Shown: in pieces, positions 16,721 through 26,416 of the stretch
How positions within the stretch are numbered: position 1 is the first letter of the stretch
Layout of the letters: each line of letters opens with the position of its first letter
Origin: a virus
Reading direction: 5' to 3' (one strand)
Virus record (IMG/VR): IMGVR_UViG_3300045988_184285
Length of the DNA: 64,000 bases
Notes under the pieces: model-generated
What the model was told of the DNA's origin: nothing
What the model saw: the letters and a program-made list of their open reading frames with translations, nothing else
The model's database searches: none
Made by a program: the position numbers and the translations under genes

Positions 16721-17699
16721 CGCCTTCTACGTTAGAATCTTTATCTGCGCTGTTTGTCGTACTGGCAGACTGTAAAATGCTTGCACCCTGCTCATTCAGA
16801 ACATCCTCGATTGTCTTGTTGCGTAGTTTGATGCTGGACAAAACGACATCGTAAGACCCCCCAGACGAAGTAGTTACCCGTGCGATATATTGAATGGTCG
16901 TATCCCCAGCAAGCAATGCGCCGTCTATTGTTTGCTTCTGACGATTTCCATCCTTATCTTCGGTTTCAACCACATACATATCCTGTGACGCTTTTTGTGC
17001 AGATACAGAAGACGTCATAACAATATCTCCGGCCTTCATATCAGAGGTCGCGAACTTATTTACGATGGAACCTGTTCTATCCACAAAGAACACAGGAGTA
17101 TCCTGCTGCATCTTCCCATCGCCATCTACGAAATGCGAACCGCATAAGGATTCGTATTCGTTGACACTCAAAGTCTTATAGCTGAGTTCTGAATCCTCGA
17201 TGGTATCCCCGGAAGGAATATCCACATTTACGACAGCGACCTTATACTCTCCGGTAAGCTGTCCACTGATTTGGACCCAATTTGTGTATACGAAGAAGCC
17301 AATAGCGATGGCGACAACGGCAACAATGAACATTGCGATACCGATGTTACGCTTGTTGTTGTTTTTGATGATTTGTGCCTGTTCAAGGATTTCTTTGCTG
17401 GCATGCTTAGTATCTTTAAGCGTCTGGTTTGCTTCATCCAGTGTATCGCTTGTCTTTGTAAGCACTTCGTAAGCTTTGGTTTCTCTATGGCCGACATTCA
17501 CATTCAGCCCTTTTGCGCCATTGTTATTGGCAGACTTTGCGTTGTTGTATTCGGCGCGAAGCGTTTCCACAACAGAATCGTCAAGCGTCATCTGTTCCCC
17601 GTTAGGCAGAATTACCGTACCATCATCATAGACATCGAAAACACGTTCTTTGCCTTCATACATGGCGCGTACCTGACCGATAACATAATGTTCGTTCAT
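16713..17699 (-). CDS. membrane-anchored protein (possible SAF/CpaB-like domain)
   Basis: start at ATG (MNEHYVIGQ); single TM then YKVAVVNVDIPSGDTIEDSEL; family call weak. Confidence 0.4.
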   Translation of the reverse strand: MNEHYVIGQVRAMYEGKERVFDVYDDGTVILPNGEQMTLDDSVVETLRAEYNNAKSANNNGAKGLNVNVGHRETKAYEVLTKTSDTLDEANQTLKDTKHASKEILEQAQIIKNNNKRNIGIAMFIVAVVAIAIGFFVYTNWVQISGQLTGEYKVAVVNVDIPSGDTIEDSELSYKTLSVNEYESLCGSHFVDGDGKMQQDTPVFFVDRTGSIVNKFATSDMKAGDIVMTSSVSAQKASQDMYVVETEDKDGNRQKQTIDGALLAGDTTIQYIARVTTSSGGSYDVVLSSIKLRNKTIEDVLNEQGASILQSASTTNSADKDSNVEGGE

Positions 17700-17713
17700 G
17701 TTTATCACACCCC

Positions 17714-18208
17714 TTATCTCTTGTACTTTTCGAACACCTTGCGCGAAGGAGCTCTCGGACCGCACATCTTGCACTTTTTACTCTGCTCAACATAATCAAT
17801 GAGCATCTGACGTTCCCATTCAAGGTATTCGTCCATATTTTTTTCTTTCCATGAATCGAATTTGCCGTATGAAACACCGAGATAACTGGCGAATATGCTG
17901 ACAGCATTCAGCATATAATCATTCGGGATTACAACCCTTTTTCCGTCCAGATTGTAAGCATGTCCCGTAGTGATTTTATTTCTTGTCTGTCCTATCTTCA
18001 TTCGCCTCGTTTCTGTGTTCTTCTTTACCTGAGTTTCTCTTCTTAGGGTACTGCAGAACTTACAATATTGAGTGTTTTTGGCGGTAGAATAAAAAATCCT
18101 GCCGCATTCCTTGCATTTGCGCTCGTACGTTATGGTTTTAGGAGTTGTACTTTGTTTTTGGGTTTCTGTATGGTTGATGTTTTCAGAAGTACAATGATTC
18201 CGAGCCAT
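17714..18208 (-). CDS. zinc-ribbon protein
   Basis: 164 aa; CKECGRIF...CKFC and C-terminal CKMCG. Confidence 0.45.
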   Translation of the reverse strand: MARNHCTSENINHTETQKQSTTPKTITYERKCKECGRIFYSTAKNTQYCKFCSTLRRETQVKKNTETRRMKIGQTRNKITTGHAYNLDGKRVVIPNDYMLNAVSIFASYLGVSYGKFDSWKEKNMDEYLEWERQMLIDYVEQSKKCKMCGPRAPSRKVFEKYKR

Positions 18209-18224
18209 AATCTGTACCTCTTAT

Positions 18225-19286
18225 TTAAACGCGAGCGTCAATCAGGCAATTAAGCAGCCCGTTCGCGTCACAGCCAAACAATAAGCATCCGAACACACCA
18301 ATGGCATGTCCTTTTCTGGTAGAGAATGTTCCTGCCGTAACACCAAGATGCCCGGCAATCTGCTCATCTGTCCAGTTGTACTTTTTCCCCTCAATCATTG
18401 CAAGGATAACGTCATAATAACGTTGGCCAAGCGGGAACTGTTTCATGATTTCGATAGCCCCTCGTACGAGTTTTACATACTCCACAATGAGATAGGCATC
18501 GCTTCTGTTTTTATCAGAAACTTTGATTTTACTCAAATCTTCGTACGAAGAAGACCCAAGCAGCTTCATGGCGGGGTCCTTTGACCGTGAGGCACGATAC
18601 AGAATACGCGTGTATTCCGTAAGGAGCAGCGGAACATTATGATAAAGGCTTGCTTCTTCTACCCCGTCCACATCACTGCTTGTCATCAGGATTTTATAAT
18701 ATTCCTTGATAACACTACCTGCTGTATTGTAAACGGATTCAATGCACCGCTCGCAATACTTCATGATTTTAATGCGGCCATTCTTCGGAAGAACAGCGGG
18801 ATTCAGAAAACAGTCAAATACCTCCCGCATGCTGGAACAGTAGTCGACTTCGTACAAAAGCTCTGACCGCGATTCCTCAATAGCATCGAGAAGCATCTGA
18901 CAACTTTCGAAGTATTCTTTGCGTTTTCTGAAATGCAAAGACTCTTCCTCAATGTTCGGAGCCAGCCAGCTCTGGATGCGGCGCAGACGGGAAATGGCTT
19001 CGACGTCGCACATCTCATCGTCGTGAACGCTTTCACAGTTCTGCATCATGACATCAAGGTCTTTCGCCTGCATCATCCATTTGAGTGCCGGATACAATAT
19101 CATCAGAACAGCCGCTTCTTTCAGTTCCGGCCGCTCTTCCACGACACGATTTACACACTTCGTCAGCACATAAGAATTGGGGATGTCTCCGCCAAAGCTT
19201 CTACGCAGAACAATGTTGTCATGCATAATGGCATCGAGCAATGCGTAAAGCTGCTGTTCTTGGGCTTTATTCAATGCTTCGGACAA
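18225..19286 (-). CDS. transcriptional regulator with C-terminal sigma-70 region-4-like HTH
   Basis: C-terminus WTDEQIAGHLGVTAGTFSTRKGHAIGVF fits region-4 HTH; probable TTG start with AAAGGAGGG RBS; N-terminal 300 aa unassigned. Confidence 0.5.
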   Translation of the reverse strand: MSEALNKAQEQQLYALLDAIMHDNIVLRRSFGGDIPNSYVLTKCVNRVVEERPELKEAAVLMILYPALKWMMQAKDLDVMMQNCESVHDDEMCDVEAISRLRRIQSWLAPNIEEESLHFRKRKEYFESCQMLLDAIEESRSELLYEVDYCSSMREVFDCFLNPAVLPKNGRIKIMKYCERCIESVYNTAGSVIKEYYKILMTSSDVDGVEEASLYHNVPLLLTEYTRILYRASRSKDPAMKLLGSSSYEDLSKIKVSDKNRSDAYLIVEYVKLVRGAIEIMKQFPLGQRYYDVILAMIEGKKYNWTDEQIAGHLGVTAGTFSTRKGHAIGVFGCLLFGCDANGLLNCLIDARV

Positions 19287-19726
19287 TTTGTCTTCCCTCC
19301 TTTCGCAAGATTCGTTTCGATGTAAATGCACGTGTTGTCATGTACGGTTTCGGATAAAAGGCCACTGTAATAGAACATGACCTTGTATTTCTTTGCGGTA
19401 CAGGCATATTTGAGCCGCGCCCAAAGGTCTTTGTTATGGCTGGGCTCAGTGTCTCCGTCCTCTACCCCAAAAGAGGCACCGGTGCGTGCAATCACACTAT
19501 CACTGCTGAATACTGCGATTTGAGACCCTGTCGGCAATCCGATATTCTCAATAATGCGACAAAGCTCTGCCAATTTCAGCCTCGTATAACCAATCGGAGC
19601 GGCCATAAAGTAAGTATCCTTCTGCCTATCCGACTTGGCGGAAGGATTTACGACAAAACTGTGGACGCACACCTCACCGTTCAACTCCGGCGTTTTGACG
19701 ATATCAAGATAGATAATAGCGGCCAT
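19271..19726 (-). CDS. hypothetical protein
   Basis: 151 aa, RBS AGGGGGA. Confidence 0.45.
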   Translation of the reverse strand: MAAIIYLDIVKTPELNGEVCVHSFVVNPSAKSDRQKDTYFMAAPIGYTRLKLAELCRIIENIGLPTGSQIAVFSSDSVIARTGASFGVEDGDTEPSHNKDLWARLKYACTAKKYKVMFYYSGLLSETVHDNTCIYIETNLAKGGKTNCPKH

Positions 19727-19752
19727 AAACTGCTCCCCCTAACGTACAGTAA

Positions 19753-19784
19753 TTGACTTTTTCGCGTTTTTGTGGTATTATATA
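19753..19784 (+). promoter_or_regulatory. class A-type promoter on plus strand (TTGACT-N14-TGTGGTATTAT)
   Basis: plus-strand 'TTGACTttttcgcgtttttgTGGTATTAT'; followed by inverted repeat ATTACCGG-N18-CCGGTAAT (19808-19841). Confidence 0.55.
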
Positions 19785-19880
19785 AGTGCAGTAAAGGTAT
19801 AATTTATATTACCGGTTACAAAGATTGTTGCTCCCGGTAATTGTATGAACTTGTCTATCAAACCAAACAGGAGGGGAATT

Positions 19881-20543
19881 ATGAGTAATAACATCAATGA
19901 GAACTCCAAGCCAGTAGAGAACATCTTCGACGCTTTCTCAATGGGGAGCAAGATGAATACCGCTTCAAAACAAGAACGAGCCAAAATTGTGGCTGCATTT
20001 ATGGAACAGGCAAAATCTTGCTTTGTTGACACGGAGAATACCGTGAAATATCTGAACGTCCTGATGGAAAGAACGAGACTCCGCTACGGGTTTTCCGCTG
20101 ATGAGTTCGCGGCAATGCTGGGATTCAGTAGCACTGCTGCCTACAACAAGACATTCATGCAACCCAATGCGAACTTTGGAACTGTGTTATTCCCCTATGT
20201 GGTTCAGTTTTGCTATCTGTTTGGCTATAATCTGTCAATTCCGGATTCCGTATCTACTCCGCAGACGGTAGCAGACCTGTACTCTTTGGAACTGGCCTCT
20301 TTTCTGATTTCTCTTGGCCCTGATGCAATGGATGATATTTCAAGAACATTGGTCGGTGCCGAATACCTTGACCCGAATTTAAGAAAACTGAGTTCTCAAA
20401 TCCTTTCAAAGGCAAAGAAATACTTCTATGGTAACAATGGTGAAGCGCTACCTAATGAAATCCAGTATCGCAACAGATTAGATAACGCCGAAAGTAGGAT
20501 TGAGCGTCTCGAGAAAGTAGAGAAGGCCAATCTTGATAAATGA
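19881..20543 (+). CDS. HTH DNA-binding protein (XRE-like)
   Basis: start ATG with AGGAGGGG RBS; LMERTRLRYGFSADEFAAMLGFSSTAAYNKTF resembles XRE HTH; divergent from minus-strand operon. Confidence 0.5.
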   Translation: MSNNINENSKPVENIFDAFSMGSKMNTASKQERAKIVAAFMEQAKSCFVDTENTVKYLNVLMERTRLRYGFSADEFAAMLGFSSTAAYNKTFMQPNANFGTVLFPYVVQFCYLFGYNLSIPDSVSTPQTVADLYSLELASFLISLGPDAMDDISRTLVGAEYLDPNLRKLSSQILSKAKKYFYGNNGEALPNEIQYRNRLDNAESRIERLEKVEKANLDK

Positions 20544-21008
20544 TTAACCGCCAAACATATCGGCTAACTGTAATGCAAGCATCGCCTCTTCCGAAATGGG
20601 AGGCGGTGCTTCTTCTGCTTTGGGGGTTGCGTTAATGATTTGTGTGTCTGTGATGTTTTGGGAGGAGTAGTTTGAGGTTTGCGCAGCTACCGCAATTCCG
20701 TTCTTCTGAATGCTGCTGGTCACCGCATCCACAATCTGGGGAATGCAACTTCTGATTTCTTCAGCTATCGTATTTTGCAGTTCCTCTTTTAGAGCGGACT
20801 GCGCCTCCTGCATCTCATGCTGTTTTGTGGCCTTGTCGATTATTGCATTTACAACCGCATCGGTTTTTCCACCGCGCTGCAAGCTGTTCAGGTAATCGTA
20901 TACGAGTACATGATTATCCTTGCTTAAATCGAAAACAAGTGTGGTTCGTACCGTCGTGCCAACGGTCTCTTTTTCTGTTTCGTTCTTCTTGGGGCGTCCA
21001 CGCGGCAT
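20544..21008 (-). CDS. parR: ParR-like partition adaptor (ribbon-helix-helix N-terminus)
   Basis: immediately downstream of parM; N-terminus VYDYLNSLQRGGKTDAVVNAIIDKA resembles pSK41 ParR FDFLENVPRGTKTAHIREAL. Confidence 0.45.
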   Translation of the reverse strand: MPRGRPKKNETEKETVGTTVRTTLVFDLSKDNHVLVYDYLNSLQRGGKTDAVVNAIIDKATKQHEMQEAQSALKEELQNTIAEEIRSCIPQIVDAVTSSIQKNGIAVAAQTSNYSSQNITDTQIINATPKAEEAPPPISEEAMLALQLADMFGG

Positions 21009-21041
21009 TCGGTACTCACCACGCTTTCACAATCAGTGTTT

Positions 21042-22001
21042 TTAAATCTCACCGTTCATGGTCAGCTTAGCACGAGCCATGATTTCATATCCCTTTGCGT
21101 TTGCCGTTACATCCGTCAAGAAGAAGAGGTTCTTGGTATCGATAGCCCGCTCGATGCTTTCACGCATCATGGCAGAACCGCCGCCCATAAAAATGAAATA
21201 GGATGTCTTGAAATCATCCTTGATTTTCTCCGAAATCGTACGAATCAATGCTGTTGCATAATTGTCTGCGGTCTCCTTGGCAATCTTTACAGCATTTTCA
21301 TCAACCAGCATGTTGTTGTTCCCCGCGAGAATTGCTTCGGCCATGTAGTCATCGACCGACAGAGAACAATGCACACGCAGTTCGCTCTCGACAGTGCTCA
21401 GGAGCTCAATGACGCCACGGTCATAGCTTTCGCAGAAAGAAAGGTCCGGAGCGTAAGTGTTGCCACGACCAGAGAAACGAATCACATCCGTTGTATACCC
21501 GCCGATGTCTACAACATAAGAACGGGGATAGCGCTTGATTTCCTTCTGAATTTCGCCTGCTGCCGTAATAGAAAAGCCCTGAGGATAGACAAAGACATGC
21601 TTGACAGTAATCTCGAACGGGATATCTTTGTACATGAAATTGATGAGTTTCCCGTTTTTGCCGAAATATTCATCGTACTTCGCTTTCAGGGACATATGCT
21701 GCGGGGGCAAACCCATCGCGAGGCATACATCGTATTTGTAGAACTTCTGATTGGGATACTTCTTCATGAGGTTCTTTGCTACAGCAATCAGCGTCAGCAA
21801 AAAGTAAGTATCATCCTTCGTCTTATCTTGCTGATAAGGCGTGCGGCTGTCATTGAGGGAATAATACTTCCCCATGTAGCACATCGTCTCTCCCTTGATA
21901 GCCGGTTCAGTCGTACCATGACGAACAAGACCAGTAGGAAACGGCTCACAGCCAGGCGTCTTCATTGCCTTGTTTCCAGTATCTACTCCAATAATCTCCA
22001 T
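21042..22001 (-). CDS. parM: ParM/StbA-family actin-like segregation ATPase
   Basis: MEIIGVDTGNKAMK N-terminus, VVDIGGYTTDV phosphate-2 motif, FIFMGGGSAMM; GGAGG RBS. Confidence 0.75.
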   Translation of the reverse strand: MEIIGVDTGNKAMKTPGCEPFPTGLVRHGTTEPAIKGETMCYMGKYYSLNDSRTPYQQDKTKDDTYFLLTLIAVAKNLMKKYPNQKFYKYDVCLAMGLPPQHMSLKAKYDEYFGKNGKLINFMYKDIPFEITVKHVFVYPQGFSITAAGEIQKEIKRYPRSYVVDIGGYTTDVIRFSGRGNTYAPDLSFCESYDRGVIELLSTVESELRVHCSLSVDDYMAEAILAGNNNMLVDENAVKIAKETADNYATALIRTISEKIKDDFKTSYFIFMGGGSAMMRESIERAIDTKNLFFLTDVTANAKGYEIMARAKLTMNGEI

Positions 22002-22163
22002 AAAAAATCCTCCGAACGAGTCGCAATATAGTTGAAAGTACGAATTTTGGGATACTCTGCGTGATAAAATATAAGTGTCTACCAGATAACAATGGGACTC
22101 ACTGACTGATGCATAGCGGTTGTTAAAACGGAAAGAACAACTAATATACAACTGCCTGTTGTT

Positions 22164-22200
22164 ATCATGATACCACATATGCAGTTGTCCGGCAACGAAC
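22164..22200 (-). promoter_or_regulatory. candidate promoter upstream of parM (TTGCCG-N14-TGTGGTATCAT)
   Basis: weaker variant of class A extended -10. Confidence 0.35.
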
Positions 22201-22238
22201 TTTTGTTCGCGTAGACAACAAAAAGAAAGGAGTTATTT

Positions 22239-22469
22239 ATGCCATCCACCTTTGACACTATGGTAGGAAAGCGAATCAAAAAGCAACGAATGGAAATCAA
22301 TTACAGCCAAGAACAGTTGGCGGCGAGTACAAATTGTTCCTATCGCTGCATCCAGAAATGGGAGTCAGGAAAGACGCTGCCGCGAGCTCAGATGCTATGC
22401 AATTTAGCAAAAGCCTTACATGTTTCGTCTGACTGGCTGCTGGGCATTTCCAATGACAGAAACGGTTAA
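22239..22469 (+). CDS. XRE-family HTH transcriptional regulator
   Basis: 76 aa; GKRIKKQRMEINYSQEQLAASTNCSYRCIQKWESGKTLPRAQMLCNLAKALHVSSDWLLG is a canonical Cro/CI-type HTH. Confidence 0.8.
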   Translation: MPSTFDTMVGKRIKKQRMEINYSQEQLAASTNCSYRCIQKWESGKTLPRAQMLCNLAKALHVSSDWLLGISNDRNG

Positions 22470-23815
22470 TCGTTTACCGGGAAAACCAGCGTCTTAGCGA
22501 TTGTCTCGGCAAGGTCCTGAAACTCACTCTCAACGTGCTCCGGGATAAAACCGATAGCAGCTTCCCTCTTCAAAACGTCGATAGCCTTCGTAAACTGAGA
22601 ACGGGTGTACGAATACCCCCAACGAAGACCATCGGCGTTTTGCTGTAGAATTTCGCAAAGCGGGTCCAGCACAACAAACATGATTTCCTTCACGTTGTTT
22701 TCCGTGCAGATACGCATAGCCTCGATAGCTCCGGCAAAGCCGTATTCCCATTCATCACTCGTGTGCCCGCACATGCCGTGAATGACCCGTTTGTCACCCA
22801 TATCAACTACGATACCGTAAGCGCCTTCGCGCGTCTCGTCGTTGTAAACGCAGGTGAGAAATACATTCGTACGGAATGCATTTGATGCCTTCATGGCGGA
22901 ATCATATTTTGAACCACGGTCGCTCTTCATCGGAACAATGCCGGTAATGGAAAGCTTGTCTGTCTTAGGCTTCTCCATCTGCATACCAGACTGTCCACGA
23001 GCCATGATTGCACTATTCCCTTTCTGAGGAGATTCTGTGCGCTGTGCAGGCTGTAAAACAGGCTTCTGAACGGGTTTCGCCTCTGACTTCATTTCCGGTG
23101 CAGAAACCGTCTTATCCGTCACGGGCTTTTTATCCTTAGCCGGAATGACAGGAGGCTTGGGCTGTTCCGAAATCTGTTCGGAAACAGGAGGCTTTGCAAT
23201 CACCGGAGCAACCTTCTTCTGTTCCGGTTCGGCATCTTTCGGCCTCTGTTCGCTCTCTTCCGTTTTATTCAGAACCGTTTCAAAAATATGGAGCGCTTCC
23301 TGCGTTTTAGACTCGGTAGCCTCATTCTTGGATTCGTTCTTTGCAGGAAGAGATTTTTCTTTTACGGGTTCATCCTTTGTTGCAGGCTTGACGGCGGGAT
23401 TTGATTGCGGTTTCGGTTCTTTCTTAGCGGTGACACCGAAAAGGTTTGCGAGACGTTCTTCCTCTTTCTTCTTCCTTTCAGCTTCCTGCTTCTTGCGTTC
23501 TTCCGCAAGCTTACGTTCCTGCTCTGCCTTTTCGGCTTCTTCCTTTTCAATTTGCTTGCGCATCTTTGCGCGGCGAGCTTCCTCGATGCGCTTTGCTTCT
23601 TCTTCTTCTTTCTTTTTCTTTTCGAGATACTCAGAGTGAATCGGACGAGATGTCGTGGGCGCTGCCTGCAGAGGCTTCTTTGCTTCCACCTGTTCCCCCT
23701 TATTCTCCTCTTTCTTGAGTTTTTCCTTTTCTGCGGCATCAACTTTGCGCTGTGTCATATTGTTAAACAGCTTATTCAACGCCTCAGACTCGGCGATATA
23801 AGACTCCTTACTCAT
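22466..23815 (-). CDS. hypothetical protein with Lys/Glu-rich coiled-coil region and possible RNase H-like C-terminal domain
   Basis: 449 aa; central KE-rich low complexity; C-terminal fold call weak. Confidence 0.4.
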   Translation of the reverse strand: MSKESYIAESEALNKLFNNMTQRKVDAAEKEKLKKEENKGEQVEAKKPLQAAPTTSRPIHSEYLEKKKKEEEEAKRIEEARRAKMRKQIEKEEAEKAEQERKLAEERKKQEAERKKKEEERLANLFGVTAKKEPKPQSNPAVKPATKDEPVKEKSLPAKNESKNEATESKTQEALHIFETVLNKTEESEQRPKDAEPEQKKVAPVIAKPPVSEQISEQPKPPVIPAKDKKPVTDKTVSAPEMKSEAKPVQKPVLQPAQRTESPQKGNSAIMARGQSGMQMEKPKTDKLSITGIVPMKSDRGSKYDSAMKASNAFRTNVFLTCVYNDETREGAYGIVVDMGDKRVIHGMCGHTSDEWEYGFAGAIEAMRICTENNVKEIMFVVLDPLCEILQQNADGLRWGYSYTRSQFTKAIDVLKREAAIGFIPEHVESEFQDLAETIAKTLVFPVND

Positions 23816-25478
23816 TACCGGTTGCCTCCTTTTTTGTGATGAGTGTATAGATTAACTCCTCTGTAAGAGGAATAGATGTAACATTGGGCAGATGCTCGAA
23901 TCGAATACCACGAGCCTTACAAATCTGCTTCGCCTTTCCGTACAAAGAATGACTCATCTGTGTAACACGGAAAATAACAATGTCACTGTTTGCGATAAGC
24001 GCATCGCAGGTAGCCAGATTACACTGGTCAACATACGAGATGTCCGGCTGTGCATTGCGAAGCATGTTGACAAAGTTCTGCTGTCCACCGCAGAAAACAA
24101 TTTTCTTGTTCTTTGCCATCTGATTCAGCTCTTTATGATAGTCAATGACTTCTGTTTCCTGTTCACAGATACCTGCATCAGAATCATCAAAGTCATCAAA
24201 CTCGGAAGTTTCTGGCCGAAGCTGAATGAGTTTTCGCTCTGCGTTCGCCAACAGCTTTTCAAGTTCATGGATTCTACTCTCGGCATCATCGTTCTTTTTG
24301 CGCAAAGCCGTTTCTCGTTTCATGGATGTGGCCTTGAAATCGTAAAGTTCTTTCTTGACCTTTTCCAGTTTGGCGTTTGTGCTTGCCTCAGCCACTTCCT
24401 TTTTGACTTCGGAAGCCTTTTGCTTTAGCTGCTCCTCGTATTTTTTGTTTTCGAGTTCGCGTTTTCTCAGCTTTCTCTGGTTATAGATTGTAGTGCTCTT
24501 TTCGAGAATCGCATTCTTTTGCTGCTTTTCTCCAAAAGAAGAAACAACATATTGCCAGACAAGAGCAATATAAGCATCACGAATCCCTCTGTCAATAGAC
24601 GCTCTATGTACCATCTTTCTCGGGTCTACTGTGCAGCTCATTGCCATAATTGCACAAATTCGCTCTTTCATTTTCTCAGTGATAGGGAACTTATAAAGCG
24701 AATGATGATTGACACCGATACTGGTAGAAATCCGGAAAGAACTCATACACATATCGATACGCGGACGACTGGACATATTTAACGGAGGCGCTGGAGCAAC
24801 GCCATTCTTGACGGCTTGCGTAAAGAAATCCGCCATTTCCGGCATATCCCAGCTGTTACAGTCACTGTCGTATCGCAGCGCATAAATCATATCGCCGAGT
24901 GTGGCGACATCCCAGATATCGGATACTGCTTCTTTTACAAAGGCCATCATCGCTTCCGTGCCGCTGTCAGAGAAGGAGTTATCGAAATCTTTGACGATTT
25001 TCCTAATACTGTCTCCGTCTTTCACAGATGCTGCCTGAAAAATGTCCAATGCAGCCTTAAATCCACGCGTGATGGTCCTCTTACTCAAATCATTCTCGTG
25101 GAACATCTTTTCGAATAGCTTATCTGATTCGCCGTCGATTTTCTTTACAATCTGGTACAGCGTGGGATTCGTCTTATCGGCTTTGATGACCAGATACGAA
25201 AGAATATCAAGTGCCGTATCTGTCAATCCATCATTCCCTGCAAGAATGATGGTAAGGTCATTTTCGCCTTTAAGGATTTTCCTTTTCATCTTCTGGCAAT
25301 CGTTGTCTGACTGAGCCAGTTCAATGATTTCTTTCCTCAGAGGGAAGCACTCGATTAGAAAAGCAATTCGCTGATACACGAAATCAACGGTGCTGATTTT
25401 AAATTCTCTCGGGAAATCCCTGATTTCAGCAATATCATCAGGAATTACAAAGCCGTTAATCACATTCTGTGTAACCAA
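23808..25478 (-). CDS. hypothetical protein with coiled-coil and DUF2325-like C-terminal domain
   Basis: 556 aa; C-terminus KKIVFCGGQQNF...SDIVIFRVTQMSHSLYGKAKQICKARGIRFEHLPN. Confidence 0.4.
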   Translation of the reverse strand: MVTQNVINGFVIPDDIAEIRDFPREFKISTVDFVYQRIAFLIECFPLRKEIIELAQSDNDCQKMKRKILKGENDLTIILAGNDGLTDTALDILSYLVIKADKTNPTLYQIVKKIDGESDKLFEKMFHENDLSKRTITRGFKAALDIFQAASVKDGDSIRKIVKDFDNSFSDSGTEAMMAFVKEAVSDIWDVATLGDMIYALRYDSDCNSWDMPEMADFFTQAVKNGVAPAPPLNMSSRPRIDMCMSSFRISTSIGVNHHSLYKFPITEKMKERICAIMAMSCTVDPRKMVHRASIDRGIRDAYIALVWQYVVSSFGEKQQKNAILEKSTTIYNQRKLRKRELENKKYEEQLKQKASEVKKEVAEASTNAKLEKVKKELYDFKATSMKRETALRKKNDDAESRIHELEKLLANAERKLIQLRPETSEFDDFDDSDAGICEQETEVIDYHKELNQMAKNKKIVFCGGQQNFVNMLRNAQPDISYVDQCNLATCDALIANSDIVIFRVTQMSHSLYGKAKQICKARGIRFEHLPNVTSIPLTEELIYTLITKKEATGNE

Positions 25479-25502
25479 GTTATCAACTCCTTCACCGGCA
25501 GT

Positions 25503-25784
25503 TTAAGTTCGATGGACTTTATTTTTCATACAACAAGGAAGGCAACAGATGCCGTATGTGTTATTGCCCCACTCGCAGTGCGCCCGACTGCAAATAACAC
25601 CGCGTTGGGCTTTGACGGTTTTCTTCTCTTCTTTCTTCTTTTCGATTTCGCCTTCCCGAAGGATGGTCTTTACTTCCTTTGTTGTGATACCATACTTTCT
25701 GGCAATCTGAACGACCGTTTTTCCTCCGTTGAATTCCTCTACAGCCTGTTCATGTGTTACGCCACAACCAAATTTTCCGTACAT
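25503..25784 (-). CDS. small HTH/cysteine-rich DNA-binding protein
   Basis: N-terminal TVVQIARKYGITTKEVKTIL HTH, Cys-rich C-terminus. Confidence 0.45.
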   Translation of the reverse strand: MYGKFGCGVTHEQAVEEFNGGKTVVQIARKYGITTKEVKTILREGEIEKKKEEKKTVKAQRGVICSRAHCEWGNNTYGICCLPCCMKNKVHRT

Positions 25785-25808
25785 GATTTAACCCTCACTC
25801 TAAATACG

Positions 25809-25856
25809 GCAAAAAGGCCATGCGCTCTATTTCCTATAAGAAATGGCGGTATGGCC
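25809..25856 (-). terminator. putative terminator after methylase gene
   Basis: long imperfect hairpin ggccat...atggcc followed by TTTTTGCC on minus strand. Confidence 0.4.
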
Positions 25857-25868
25857 TGTTTGCCTCGC

Positions 25869-26387
25869 TTAAATAATCGAGAACTTACGCTTTTTGTTTG
25901 TGAACTCAACAATCATAGAAGGACGACGACTGCCGATAGTCTCTTTCCGATTCTCAGAGTCAATGAACAGATAAGGGTTCGTCATCTTGATTCTGGCTGG
26001 CAGAAACTTTACCCTTACTCCCTGCTGTCCATAAATGTATCTCTGGAACCAGTCAGAGTCCGTAGAAACGGGTAAAAGCATGACGACCGTGGTATTCTTT
26101 TTCCTTGACTCCTCGTACGCCTTGCGCACCCACAACTTAAAGGACTTATGCCCTGTCGGGGGATTGCAAAATACTGTTTCACCTTTCCAGTCCTGCAAGA
26201 GACCATCGACACGCTCCGTGTAATATTTCTTGCATTTATGATTTTTGTCCGATGCAGCCGCATCCAGAGTGAAACCGTATTCCTTGTTCAGGTCATCGAA
26301 AAGCCCCTGAGGCGTCTCCCATTCCTGTTTGTGAGTATTCTTGACTGCATAAGCCTTATCCGTTGTTTTCGTTTCTACGCTGTTCAT
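25869..26387 (-). CDS. phage-type DNA N6-adenine methyltransferase (Dam, PF05869-like)
   Basis: ETPQGLFDDLNKEYGFTLDAAAS ... VFCNPPTG ... VVMLLPVSTDSDWF pattern; catalytic tetrad reads NPPT rather than NPPY. Confidence 0.55.
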   Translation of the reverse strand: MNSVETKTTDKAYAVKNTHKQEWETPQGLFDDLNKEYGFTLDAAASDKNHKCKKYYTERVDGLLQDWKGETVFCNPPTGHKSFKLWVRKAYEESRKKNTTVVMLLPVSTDSDWFQRYIYGQQGVRVKFLPARIKMTNPYLFIDSENRKETIGSRRPSMIVEFTNKKRKFSII

Positions 26388-26416
26388 GGCAATCTTCCCC
26401 TTACGATTGATGATGT

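Noticed and set aside
21036-22031. 331-aa plus-strand ORF
   Set aside because: It is antisense to the ParM gene, which has clear actin-fold motifs on the minus strand.
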